Shown here: positions 33,201-34,611 of the stretch, one piece after another | How the letters are laid out: every line of letters starts with the position of its first letter | Position numbering within the stretch: position 1 is the stretch's first letter | From: an uncultured Clostridium sp. | GTDB lineage: Bacteria > Bacillota > Clostridia > Christensenellales > CAG-138 | Direction of reading: 5' to 3' | NCBI GenBank assembly: GCA_964550295.1 | Contig: CAZJYV010000001.1 | Span: forward strand, 1 to 34,611 | Length of the DNA stretch: 34,611 nt | Made by a program: the position numbers and the translations under genes | The notes under the pieces: generated by a model | What the model saw: only the letters and a program-made list of their open reading frames with translations | Told to the model about the DNA's origin: nothing | Databases searched by the model: none

Positions 33201-34611
33201 GCGCATTTAATGCGACGGCGCTTGCGGCGTCCGGTGCGCGCACGGAGGCAAACAGGCTTGCGGGCATCGCAGCGGACAGGCTGAACGATTACGCAAACGC
33301 GCTCTCAACGCTTGAAAGCAGACTGCTTGCGGCGGTTGCGGCAACCTCCGCCGTGACCACGGGCGGAAACCTGACCCTGATTGCGGGCGGCGGCGTCGGC
33401 GAGGGCTGCGCGCTGCGCGCGAACGTCGGCGGAAAACTGTTTGTCGCGGGCGGAACGGGCGGCGTATCGATTGCCTCGGGTGCGGATTTGGCCATAGGCG
33501 GCATCACCGCGGGGGGAACGGTCAGCGTCAAATCGCTTGGCGGCATAACGGGTGCGGCGGACGAAGGGCAGGCTGATCTCACAGCGCCGACGGTGCGGCT
33601 CGTATCCCTCGGCTCGCATGACGTGGGCGCGCGGACCGACCCGGTCCGACTGAGCGCGGACAGCTTCTCCGGCTCCGGCAGGAACGTATATCTGACAAAC
33701 GATCGGGCGATTGTCCTTGGCAGTGTGACGGGCGACCAGGATGTCGTCATCCGCGCGGCGGGCGATATATCGACAAGCGGCGGCATACTTTCAGCCTTCA
33801 GGCTGGAGGTCGCGGCGGACGGCGATGTGAACATCGATACGAGTGCGGGCAGCCTGCTTGTTACCGGCAGGAACATCACGATCGTCAACCATTCCCCGCA
33901 CCTGAACGTGCTGGAAATGAAGGGCGAAACGCTCACGCTGGCGACGGACGGCTCCCTCGGGACGGATCCGCATGGCACTGGCATCGAGGGACGGAGCCTG
34001 CTGATTGCCGCAGGCGGCGACATCGGCACCAAAGACCAGCCGCTCAGGGTTCTCATTACGGGCAAGGTCGAGGCGACATCGCTCTACGGCGAAGTGCATA
34101 TCCTGCTGCTGCAGGACAAGAACGCGAACTATTCGCATCGCGTGCTGAAGGATGAAAAGACAGGCGTTATCGTTGAGGGCCACAGCATCCATTGGGCGAC
34201 GACGCTGCGCGTGGATGATATCGACTTCGACGGGGATTCACCCCTGCTTGAGATGATCCGCGCGGCCATCAGGGCGCACAAGCTCCTCGCAGGTTACGAG
34301 ATCGTGCTCGATGCGGGCGGCGCGCAGGCGTATCGCGGCAGGCTTACGATCACCATCCCCGTGGATGAAGCGTACAACGGGCGGACGGTGTATGTGCTCT
34401 ATGAGGATCAAAACGGCGCGACGGTCAGCGTGGAATGCGTGGTTGAAAACGGTGCTGTGACCTTTGTGGCGGAGGGATACACCTCTACGGTGGCGGTGGT
34501 GCTGCCTTTGGTCGGCATCCCGCAGACGGGCGGCGCATGGCTGCCCATCGCGTGGCTGCTGCTTGCGGCCGGACTCGTGATGTTTGCCGCAGCGCGCGGG
34601 AGAAGGAAAGA
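6137..34611 (+). CDS. Giant secreted, cell-wall-anchored beta-strand-repeat fibre/adhesin-like protein; at least 9,491 aa, 3' end just beyond the window
   Basis: It is not in the ORF track. ATG 6137 is preceded by AAAGGA, with 7 nt between. I read all 9,491 codons in phase (position mod 3 = 2) and found no stop. The track lists no + ORF in this phase after 6137, as expected for an ORF with no stop in the window. The N-terminus is a Sec signal peptide. The C-terminus is IPQTG, a 21-residue hydrophobic span and RGRRK, and the window ends 2 nt into the next codon. Confidence 0.93.
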   Translation, partial: MKKLLGSHAKFTMGALLAFLVAFALIWTPSAALAEESTDTTADPGASDVDTSGGTAPGTATVGSIVEEGTEQVAQGEAKIYDNAPVEQTTTTGGETTTTEVEKSALQKAVEYALTQIQADTESITITLTEGTYTGDVAIDKTNLGGVDTSNFKLFILASDAVVTDDGGNTTYTNANGATKVNGNITIDGLDVVLAGIYMAVDKAINAKNTDVSIFGTTAGDTYTVNVGGREGEDDDQTEVSVAGGAGGDTISVTAQTGNADIDIDGGDGGDVISVDGTTAPDAQGTSVDVSGGAGSDVINIDTSVAGGASLVSVNGGSGDDKVHLTGYLDEDDKDQDGADAPRIGGSATRIDLRNKNNKALGLAFSGVELFTDALYNKACVTVAAIGADGRLYSDAEKTQLITFSPFTDYSYDAISGETITGISDTSSGAFLASFWITCIETDFNGINNDITLGNINLPGITLVVRAGKVTVTGIVNALSIRIFATDSDDLYKEYILNLDELPLPDGLANSAAGQSLDVNGSLLDFVTNAYINIKEGAHLNANGSVELTATSSQTHALIDLINGITNALNFICVKVGSASITIDGTVSGTNVSATAATNVTMSASNSTLAPYFVPLAVSVCVADARVTLSDTGSITATGNVNLSSTSTIQVTTEACTGSIPFSLAVSVVVSDAHTSVAGDITAGGDINLTTAATEDVTTQSHRGNASTGSSGGYFAIAVTLQDADASVTGTSALSALGGINVKSTAIEKVLTTATSAKPEEQNGGTTLDKVIAKVKELLSTVAGKLGGAIKNKITGATGNMTGAQYTIAASSTTNGTVSAPVSKANAGDTVKLTLTPAKNYEVDQAYIKYLEPGKSSYTTVGLSNGSFVMPAFNVTIVVTFKKTAGTPADDDTSSLYGDGDATKPGDLFDDEDDGGGDLGISDLFDEGAGGTQGTSGGASENSADAGAKTVTLTQPANGALLCAVTKVDAGKQVAVTVNPASGYKLTENSLTYTYNDPDNAGKKLTNVIRANASGAYLFTMPDADVTVTCAFEAGTDTTTNNNTPSGNQLTGALAVAVVINNNKAFIDTTGAVGAAGQVNVTTVGVTQSTVGADGSPAAKEITADTAAGESLRDPQSSTTFGQEKGHLTVKPTVNGSIQLLSNNDVQIGDTVAFLVVPAEGSKLKEGSVQYVVTYKDDTGTHTATLTPTKDGSVANKYYFVIEHPAGGVLDAACTFVLSAEFEADPHAITVNITGGGTATAGAASAKAGDEITLTLTPNEGCGVKTVKVNGVAVTAADGVYKFKMTATDAVVDVVFGDKEYAVVLHEDSAAVSSYIKISNSKADIGDRIAVTLTDEAVALGKKIASVSVEFYNFGGALQASIQVTVDADNTFVIPDSVDGYVSNELGTATFKVKVTLSDKTYALTTEVLPASGTATPAPSGTISAPAKVDSLEQISVTITPNAGCKLVPGSVKVITTNGVQNTTVTIVIDTLTFDGTKYTFTYKLPILSAAGTETSTVKIQAQFQRGTETTTKKDTVSLGVGIAVGVTLHKSEAYVQNADITASGLNIAATSGSRDERVISSVTAKAGVAAGTIGIGGAVAVNVASAKTHALLYNTATVRLTGGGTMSMEASSFERFTTIGDAANNTGSSTSVGIGAGIAVGVYGVEVYGAVEDATDIAQAQGAADIQSITIGAEHDLAESMLAKAGSAGGTSITPVLAVLISGADVQAYLGKAPTGANGTLSVASDITIKAASSINREMAANAAAAGSSVGFGGAFAISVLNDSAIARLSRNVHVKNGNISVIARSRNNLKSTSRAGANGAPASGGSTAADGSGDSSAGGSSSSGSTGDGSGSSDAQADKALTSGGKLANLTGTNNTSSNTLGKQNYNRQPSQTSEGSVSIAAGFALNIMRNDCRAYLDDGITVEAHGTDEIDSSGNTVRKGEVNVQSFSLVGAQIAANASATKSKIGVGVAVAINIVTYQNSAYVGNSLVNCNYINVTALMEEKVKTTKVTPTAAVTDANILVTLVKNAISGFLTDLEEELGLSQYFDANGVDEKYTLSGIIETIISSVLGKGLNALLAGTGLEKLLSSDIAEKLQSVKDSIFNIFTSDEATAEALTRLKTIAIQDLISLVAGMVTQMAQQGNAQQQQGADADAAKQQQNNQSVKDKIITTIKEKITFSNLSAAAQVEGAKFLTTLADQLVGSFGGDLIDVNALTNYLKTNLSAHLMTSLKSALSTAGVALTTAALDTLTYYMGTKLEGDTRPTNTFKTEAVAGAGAGSVGVAGSVALSVITGSTKAYIADYNAALAPSAGTGIIAAKMTTIKAYALQNEYTVASGAVGGKGTADANLGAGTSTTNDTAAQNNTTNETTPDPDGGEGETPTAGGEQTNGKLRVVTSTGGTATAYGYQSKDDGQCTVEVTCDPGYVVDEITATITTGAGVAPTVWATTANREYKFSMGGLVSGNAGGDLVITINVTFKKTQSDPYTVTVGATTNGTVKVHSDTNETDAASTTAKESEKVYVVISPSAGYTLDTLTYTYKGQTKKIVSQESSATKTTFIFLMPNADATVNATFKAVDPNAPVNTQNTNSSGKSVGVGAAFALTVSVFTVEASIGANRTVTSGGIELGADGEKKNTTSSVAGSDPLANASDGTSKDISLDASAAVAIQTTSITATVKSGAVITANGGNTVTVTEAVKDAEGNVTAPAVLAGFYMHAKEIATTIVKASSFAVGAETAVGAAVAVNIAISDVAARFLGTGAVSGKARLEATSLSKDDSHALATAMGADMQRYTDKFAKGQEQAENFANNMSSGKYFDNTGSTANTNNGTAGKVNSSLNNNANNEQGGSQPQASNDLPLSTNALRAQNASTEDQAQTNSTTTTGTTTANNNTGSTTNPDTNTSNPTGVTTTQTQTNKQSVQIAAAVAVNVTVHAIEAMLAGALTASEFEIEAENNGNFRTIASGAAMSLAQNSNAVAAAVAVSVNRNEALASIADGSTVTMTRDSSGSGAVTVAATLTANLNDAYRGYLGAQAIAGAVSGSGGKVSFGGALAVIVSRAVTSATIGKNVHLYNGGSVVISAVDKTKLALRAGGVSVSKGGSAVGVGASFAVIYAHNEITAAIGDNSDLHVGSLKLIAEKQRLDMSDYENAAGFDRLLTDTSNLSAAEREQANTGIISVYREKDAATGKLSDSYKVEVNITTEKIIGALDLLNFLSACNYYAEAISGSIVAGAGQDAKASVAGSLAMIFFFNTINALIGSSVNIVSEGDVAVEASNDATVRIIAGSLTVSPAKVGVGATVGFILNSDTVTARVGESSAISAGGAYKQDASGKANVQVYTIAASISAGANESTATVGGTVNAIAAKNAVLSEIAQDVVVDAASVAVISSLAMEMMLISLSISAGNSKVAVGGTVAVIVDQSSAKTKIGEDVTLIAQTGAGVSNTLVSALASASGAPQGVTVAGVLSVLVALFKSNVEIADGAYIEAKLGNVRVASTAKSFMVIVGLAATGSAAGSAAVGATISVNVFQHESKVAIGTVVMKAGGDITVFATGEDLTILVNMALAAAGSGSAIAGTLPVVVSDTEIEASIGDNSKISAMGSIAVAADLTSKTIDVAGGLAAGGGSAGVGATLSTAVYMSKITARVGSGVTIYAGAAGLGVLTPNRSEKRRGILVSATGNELLILVAISAGAAGTAGVAGVINTLVAKNDVSATVGSGSSLFAGYREGETEGAPVATGHEGQITVEADDETAIANCAGALGAGGTAGVGATVVVLVFCKTVTADLSSAAIVRASGNVNVTANAKDDLWLLALAFGAAGTAGVAGGVNALVFTNKVNALLGGTIDAGGDVAIKASSDSGLYNVAAGLAFGGTAGVTAVAVVTYFYNETIARITDNTHLQAGGAVSVRAESDEFVTADAAGVSGGGTAGVGGTLDIIITKVVTKAYTGSNVRVTCGGALSVTAIDTYSLIAAVVTVAVSGTAAVGVTVLVSLSFNTINAEIGLNNIITAGSVTVQASSNRDILTVVATAAGSGVAGVGVSLSVVVAGSKISQDAHDGIYAGGSSMDPQAQTDGAFSAGNAAALEGQKPGDDLGDMLEGDGQNVGNEDYNSYGQDTSGQYYVRPGSGEDTTASGVLRGTDGFYYRPERSEDELTKRYTFTKDGAGGNVFTKAVFYVVSGADAEGNPVYEQLNEDAASSISGDLYARKMVDGAYEYHKVDKNTRSEGSDAGMNDETYDQTAEGMQYAGGKITGLTDTTSAVINGGSSVLTTAGNIDVLANDTINANMIAGTIAIGIGGAGVGVGLSVAVLMSNVNAIVADDATLSAQGNINIIASSGSLAKPIEQLTSGSNGADGSPNAVGTQGANDMAKDQTGNDGTAATIRLISVTGAGGFVGVGVSAAVLMVFSNVQAKLLGDVTRADAVTVSGKMNFGEVLTVTIGVAGGAVAVNVSAGVAYFGGTIETAIGGNAKIGGVSGTIKVETTGVANTISAAAGIAGGAVAVNAGIALAISRTKIHTYVGRGVTVNIPGSVEVYTGFTSNCTAMILSIAGGAVAVGATAAIAINNTQAYTYIGITPSGDVAQGSSLTGGKVTASGVQVASTLAGNTYVAGVGIAGGAVAVNATVALGFNRVKNITAINGAGIETAGNIELSGGLSGNTTVVTTSIAGGAVAVGATVALAQIKSENRVFIDSTGVTVKAANIAVKAGDIGAINASEASVAIVAGTAGAIAVALNFAIALNQAKNSAEIIGTRGSEASGVYNLDASGLIEIGAKGEAHAFAIAANASAGLVAASASFALAIIQSTQQALLTGTSKIRAARLSVWSIHNTETFVPKVFSLFSGYDRNSSGEYIDENGSVIQESDADFEQKRVEKSTSFTATGAATALIISAAAGYYTITANSVIAVADATSRAKVSVSDLTVTGAGGASVANTADSSAIAKTLNLSFGGFSVGVMTGVAYASGTFEAIFESNGTVELASAPLTVTNLYASSAITEILTASAGILLNVGINTANAVANSIANTGLSGTGSIRAGAIEIRADGTATASAGVSAPALLKNVPSFSTISVAANSAFAQVSAVQNTYVHKVTIDAVSLLAHSIFNYTVDDITPANSGMKADTGAIANVGGSGKGPGGVSVRLIGVELNLANAVMEAKNELILSGSNITLTGDLSVRNDSGANATAGVYQSADAGFVGIGLVQVSANTAGSFIACVNIAAGKRVKARTITVQTTYRSVATAKSAQATNGVSANVLAVNSNIATSVVGSQAEASVTGGGEVETEDDLSVQAFGTAKAWSGFEPLAVAISGGAAAINCLYATLSGTQKALVNGVKVKVGQDMTVLSTFNVGVEDGAFAVLSGGMQGGGSGIDNIKVQVGALTVAGSVAVATSDFTVQALLENADVQVTGDLLVKVDATSVATAKLADDTLKINGLAVGLNFMFAWAKGAYEANIITASGKTIEAGTISVSTIYTTSALAQTGQLSGGMGDLLSANLSYISVNANLGAALSATTAKAAVTGNGTVKTTANPVTGAALDVTATGLADAKAENLAATINLSYIKVGLVVMSADVTVQQSAFVSAGTVSCASARVVSSLNEGWTDKGANAYIGSALNADKSGFDSLNLSVYGGSVNTATATFGGSNTAYIANASIGSAAARATSVIVKTVGTAIALADIAQGNTIGLANIGANVLYAYANGTYTAKVENSVIYAKTLTVETDYTAGATASTTQGAFGLKGVALDANVAWAETTTAGYAYISGGSVDIDSSGKLTVKVTSNATAVSNFATPTISLSGISLAFNLLTAKLNGTAQAYVSGSSVKAAGGADVLVFYNNDATKPGAAVYMNSYGSLASCSLISGGGHVLNATDTSSASAYVSNASFAQGTGAVTIDTRGNSYAVVDKGGSYVNFNIVALGVLVASATADGRFSAYLALQNGNQVHASSLYVGATYSIRAKAIAGQPSLGTNISLIDIDYNQAVAKAGDDKSTALNGDAHITAAGTTLIDVAGDVQILLDGKIEAIARIDAASINISGVDVGVNVVDAYAYAKQKTYISGVRSFLTGGNLTVDATLNPYNSGSHMAYAVTGAAYGVDIAFISGGANSVNASAGTTNESYIHASGITSTGNLGVTATTVAAAKAEALDASLLSLSGIKLAATKVTSGCADTTKAYIYGSGTAIAAYDVLVQATSNAGVQSNVMPPQVSVSLVGGTSVNGTADVSNEVTRAYIDTGVTVRANNCLSVDAAQSVWAKVVCAYAQSYSAIQLGGYSLTAKVTKAEALAYINGTAEAQDSVTLSASSGVTELSVSYEALAASLFSGSANSAAEAKVLDQTAYANVGAGAKIAARMGDITISSRTASNVSSSISSTNYAGLTTGGQISAYSYVKRDTRVSIGDGALVESRYGSVYIEALADYATVSSRSRDDNGSLLSIGSGPVATSNINSTVYVIVGAATIKAIFGDLTIIADAYSRISALAYRNMKAFAGDNTSSASIAATETVKVLLGADLAGVNTTNKAYINALNTLVRAYITDQTLYSYAYSYTIAAGSKTESFSVLSAYDDIDVLIGNAYVGGIDSLSIEAKHIKLDAHAESYSIINAGVTGKVYATSTINGYSNVDVNVRSSAELAGEKVNLAAYAPTFDNGTVFKDATAVANTVISWITRTIQKVSQWIEKKVSKIPFIGWLIKKIVHKIVEWITEIIKIITYSDSESFTTGSLDSQGDLVAGVYIASGAKVHLGGAAAGMQIDVLQDGTVMAAGLDNDYDGNLSAFYTIQGEKMLFGPIYNNDAGTLTITVHNGSLNTASAFTAYGNAYLANIVINNDSNLDLVFDVFRVANPAAIAPDVQSSANNNYQPVLVYADEIPVITINSAGGGDVVFTKTVENVRGSMTIAMTGGTPGDIYAIHDEQGSAIRVNRFTAYGAHNIGKSPTDKLIVEFYNASAKPAQYGSDGRMVRMGETARTSLMDVEAGGTIYISICLVVDIGEIDLTGTTISAYVAALNLPTPKLTVEKIRAGGQVYIEQKQTRIRYTDVSLIASADVDTISYPNGSMSFVANFPAVAPGASASLMQLEGTNYWYSPATGLISIDAQNFAFYAGTLGTAHVSSDYTTYQLPNSVTVTILNATGKIVSVSRLSSSGGADEVYQLSDFTITYDVNGNLVLTLPSTAENETGTSVTIDRETGEATMKIASNGAAIYLRRSAGSLGWELPNGILIYFKSAFVQNGKIVDVTWIGKNGTNDLYVLEDLSDTARNTFHVVEMASGGTGSAFVAGYLYTRTQLTDLINGTAISYYNNIDEAIEAIESAVSGINLNSLGLSFDKQYVLDEDNKPTTEIDIAATYGSLGSENADALTAILTALLTGITAELTNNLTIMLDGFELSIRVSTNGANFAVTKLSVGYSVSDANLPEGTAATLGTAIKNGSGNGTLYSYTNDYAVGDELEGQGADTAITDYGYTHTATEGTLESINVIRSYKTVSGEETVVYTLRTARKSGELTFVSSKENKDAGGNVVSVTSYYSCALAGFEGIVFAINVNIASPDSSTLRAFRLAQGASGETTATADSGGIYTITGMNGGYVVVNGNYRFIDDASDIADPTAILYLTQDAVAVYPDGKIGLVAVEGGTVEVDPDTGERKYIAAKIAIAPTLTQKKDADGKFVYSSIQYYYNKSNVAQRMTYAQYLAWVAADSAAQTAYQAAMDARAAELDAAVAAEKARYEQMGLFLSSWDEAIFRSSYNDYTTQLPDAVTYQVPSWFRSGNYAIEYDAVNGLPVYSVYKDSPDSELDYYKVDYYGSFEQILALARLSGSGYTLNSHLTQAQYDALPYTLKSLFTPVYKSVYNYIDGTVIISPDVDSLGAYVTYVSGANVPAFDIPMDEFGRGILDKETRIVAVKDQTTGKYTNLNLIFLGADGDVAAVYDGTGLRFNEGVSAYDAATTVWSAYAPALVNGENNLLVSYDKGMMVKFLEVMSGVYTTIDSIITDKDTLRWDYANALYFTDGTDGPMLLEKSDTYYAYDLIDNMFNRLAAKPTEGVEGTDYFRAVTLTSPANGLIKLSIMVDVALPQRTRAFEPARTFFVLADGDTLGSSDGAQDLLLMRSTSSYLPQEIAMNGIVESMETSGEKVIIVVESEGETWIGSAGAGRRDIYADEVSFYVNGSASSIGTSLDHVSIGAFSADNHTVTMYIFGYDPAGLTVPTYSGSAFLDVFDHMVLRSAELEGGSLIEYHLFNGSSLTFLDADMAGTVRVTDEAGGVSNVTIGTNGASGDLGGIRLAGGTLDIDVDGDIAFDKIELLGGAKLYLRTTFGGISHVGAGGYLYADASAGNGIVLRAAGNIGQASNRLIIDVPASLTVEIEQALNIYIEAVALTGNVPFARAYPADPAQAGGRDVNGNQASGDLMGDAGGETVNVPVANQSPEALSDRLLTDCADDRTKWTGAINDAGLAAYINAVMAQTKDSADMLSKSELIKLLNLAVPVGGTKWTAATLAAKTDAEVAALLKAALELRNAGDTAYVLTNENVGGALTLLLGSDAFNRNGAGSLSELLETLLTDEELENLTQGAWDGATYPAVTPVDTPAKAFSLHIGQSTGATFVSNEGDIIILQDTGDFTAGGIESRRGDVRITASNGDIEGGATSASDPANIVARSIILNASGAIGGNTPLVIDEVDNRIVPVANITAPTANSAPATGYKDVTVVYAADLDGDGNPIAGTWGFRLAVDIQYTWIRQFFAADATRIDANAGGSIAITERNGNFGAGILTSGGDVTLNIAGDLLDARTDAERTAGTRNITGAGDLDVTLTNCDVGTAAKPIAVRVPGLMRVTCSGDVYIDALGSLTLDMNSGTGHTQIAVEQNLTLNSLGSAPLTGSALAGGSIAISAAGDIGTAASPFAVDTNRLLTGGTLTLTGANIYIEELTGDLLLRGLTASGEAWLSVPGKLLAAPGSDLSIEDAADAQAAANEAKNAADQAQADAQVYDRYAVRLEAVADVRRQAKLAAEQIEADALAVLAAAQTANSGRKSAEIEADILAKKDARNLLNPLDADYMTNYLALTAEINALASELAAKKQTQQQEDAARAAYERAHGVAETARSAFNATALAASGARTEANRLAGIAADRLNDYANALSTLESRLLAAVAATSAVTTGGNLTLIAGGGVGEGCALRANVGGKLFVAGGTGGVSIASGADLAIGGITAGGTVSVKSLGGITGAADEGQADLTAPTVRLVSLGSHDVGARTDPVRLSADSFSGSGRNVYLTNDRAIVLGSVTGDQDVVIRAAGDISTSGGILSAFRLEVAADGDVNIDTSAGSLLVTGRNITIVNHSPHLNVLEMKGETLTLATDGSLGTDPHGTGIEGRSLLIAAGGDIGTKDQPLRVLITGKVEATSLYGEVHILLLQDKNANYSHRVLKDEKTGVIVEGHSIHWATTLRVDDIDFDGDSPLLEMIRAAIRAHKLLAGYEIVLDAGGAQAYRGRLTITIPVDEAYNGRTVYVLYEDQNGATVSVECVVENGAVTFVAEGYTSTVAVVLPLVGIPQTGGAWLPIAWLLLAAGLVMFAAARGRRK
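6866..7108 (+). repeat. Four RTX-like Ca-binding nonapeptides (GGxGxDxUx)
   Basis: The four copies are GGAGGDTIS (6866-6892), GGDGGDVIS, GGAGSDVIN and GGSGDDKVH (7082-7108). Each is followed by a short beta-strand-like segment, and they are 9-16 residues apart. Confidence 0.7.
8552..10651 (+). repeat. Cluster of six roughly 75-105-aa beta-sandwich modules resembling divergent InlB B-repeat (Flg_new-like) domains
   Basis: Module coordinates are 8552-8785, 8984-9235, 9515-9805, 9815-10027, 10034-10336 and 10337-10651. The shared pattern is (T/N)G(T/S)(V/I)...(A/I)G(D)xV/I x(L/V)T(L/V)xP..GY/C.(L/V)...(F/Y)x(F/M)(M/T)(P/A)..(D/N)(A/V)(T/V)(V/I)...F. An example is NGTVSAPVSKANAGDTVKLTLTPAKNYEV...GSFVMPAFNVTIVVTFKK. 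The family name is from memory. Confidence 0.6.
12085..12890 (+). other. Helical insert of about 268 aa, rich in Leu, Lys, Glu and Gln, that interrupts the repeat region
   Basis: It begins MEEKVKTT...LTDLEEELGLSQYF, continues through IAEKLQSVKDSIFNIF, and contains the Gln-rich tract QMAQQGNAQQQQGADADAAKQQQNNQS. It ends LKSALSTAGVALTTAALDTLTYYMG. It has no GxGxxVAVN units and its heptad-like hydrophobic spacing is visible by eye. Confidence 0.6.
13250..13798 (+). repeat. Second cluster of two InlB-B-repeat-like modules
   Basis: Modules lie at 13250-13516 (...GGDLVITINVTFKK) and 13532-13798 (YTVTVGATTNGTVKVHSD...EKVYVVISPSAGYTLDTL...FIFLMPNADATVNATFK). They follow the same pattern as the first cluster. 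Confidence 0.6.
14519..14818 (+). other. Asn/Thr/Gln/Ser-rich low-complexity linker (about 100 aa)
   Basis: NTGSTANTNNGTAGKVNSSLNNNANNEQGGSQPQASN...TNSTTTTGTTTANNNTGSTTNPDTNTSNPTGVTTTQTQTNKQ. Confidence 0.85.
17117..18180 (+). repeat. Seven consecutive units with the 'A-G-T-A-G-V-(A/G)' core
   Basis: The cores are AGAAGTAGVAGVINTLV, GAGGTAGVGATVVVLV, GAAGTAGVAGGVNALV, FGGTAGVTAVAVVTYF, GGGTAGVGGTLDIIIT, SGTAAVGVTVLVSLSF and AGSGVAGVGVSLSVVV. They start near 17117, 17330, 17492, 17651, 17810, 17979 and 18130, so the spacing is about 150-215 nt. Confidence 0.8.
18197..18787 (+). other. Acidic, Tyr/Gly-rich non-repeat insert of about 195 aa
   Basis: QDAHDGIYAGGSSMDPQAQTDG...GDDLGDMLEGDGQNVGNEDYNSYGQDTSGQYYVRPGSGED...GFYYRPERSEDELTKRYTFTKDG...DGAYEYHKVDKNTRSEGSDAGMNDETYDQTAEGMQYAGGK. 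Repeat units flank it on both sides. Confidence 0.8.
19360..20065 (+). repeat. Five consecutive units with the core (I/V)AGGAVAV(N/G)
   Basis: The exact 20-mer ATCGCGGGCGGTGCGGTTGC occurs at 19520 and 19679. The exact 20-mer ATCGCGGGCGGCGCGGTCGC occurs at 19874 and 20030. Spacings are 159, 195 and 156 nt, all multiples of 3. A fifth copy, GVAGGAVAVNV, lies near 19360. Confidence 0.9.
22930..25000 (+). repeat. Gly-poor repeat dialect marked by x-A-Y-(I/V)-x-x-(G/A/S), period about 165 nt
   Basis: The signatures are NTAYIANAS, GYAYISGGS, AQAYVSGSS, ASAYVSNAS, FSAYLALQN, QKTYISGVR, NESYIHASG, TKAYIYGSG, TRAYIDTGV, ALAYINGTA and QTAYANVGA. They lie near 22937, 23267, 23434, 23618, 23782, 24146, 24332, 24497, 24664, 24829 and 24985. 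Confidence 0.8.
25943..26092 (+). other. Trp/Ile/Lys-rich amphipathic helix of about 50 aa in a local GC trough
   Basis: VISWITRTIQKVSQWIEKKVSKIPFIGWLIKKIVHKIVEWITEIIKIITY has four W-initiated units of 11-13 residues (WITRTIQKVSQ / WIEKKVSKIPFIG / WLIKKIVHKIVE / WITEIIKII). It is the only segment of this composition in the ORF. It sits exactly at the junction between the repeat region and the non-repeat region. Confidence 0.8.
26093..31680 (+). other. Non-repetitive region of about 1,860 aa with mixed composition (richer in Tyr, Asp, Glu, Phe and Leu) and unknown function
   Basis: I translated it codon by codon. It has no GxGxxVAVN or xAYI periodicity. It contains a DxDxDG loop (DIDVDGD, 30779-30799), an Ala-rich helix (29000-29110, AQTAYQAAMDARAAELDAAVAAEKARYEQ) and helical TKWT-initiated segments (31240-31620). 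I recognised no catalytic motif. Confidence 0.7.
32771..33345 (+). other. Ala/Gln/Glu/Arg-rich coiled-coil-like stalk (about 190 aa)
   Basis: SIEDAADAQAAANEAKNAADQAQADAQVYDRYAVRLEAVADVRRQAKLAAEQIEADALAVLAAAQ...LTAEINALASELAAKKQTQQQEDAARAAYERAHG...ANRLAGIAADRLNDYANALSTLESRLLAAVAA. It is almost free of Pro and poor in Gly, and beta-helix-like blocks flank it. Confidence 0.7.
34517..34611 (+). other. LPXTG-class cell-wall sorting signal: IPQTG, hydrophobic span and basic tail
   Basis: IPQTG lies at 34517-34531, GAWLPIAWLLLAAGLVMFAAA at 34532-34594 and RGRRK at 34595-34609. The window ends 2 nt into the next codon, so the stop must lie just outside. Confidence 0.85.

Noticed and set aside
6290-34192. 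Many long minus-strand ORFs from the track inside the giant gene. Examples are 17114..19585 (823 aa), 15077..16642 (521 aa), 26816..28333 (505 aa), 10073..11461, 8726..10054, 20471..21706, 29432..30625, 30644..31690, 11714..12757 and 28505..29410.
   Set aside because: All are antisense to a continuous, coherent + strand frame. Their translations are Arg/Gly/Asp/Ala/His-rich with no motifs, SD sites or sensible termini. GC-rich genes with GNC/GNG-type codon bias leave the complementary frame nearly stop-free. They are shadow ORFs and could mislead automated annotation.
6137-34611. The possibility that the region contains several adjacent genes or a pseudogene rather than one CDS.
   Set aside because: I found no in-frame stop and needed no frame change anywhere in the 9,491 codons. 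There is one signal peptide at the start and one sorting signal at the end.
1-34611. CRISPR arrays, tRNA or rRNA genes, IS elements or transposases, integrases, phage genes and toxin-antitoxin pairs.
   Set aside because: I saw no regularly spaced identical direct repeats with unique spacers, no cloverleaf-like or rRNA-like segments, no terminal inverted repeats, and no ORFs with transposase- or integrase-like motifs on either strand.
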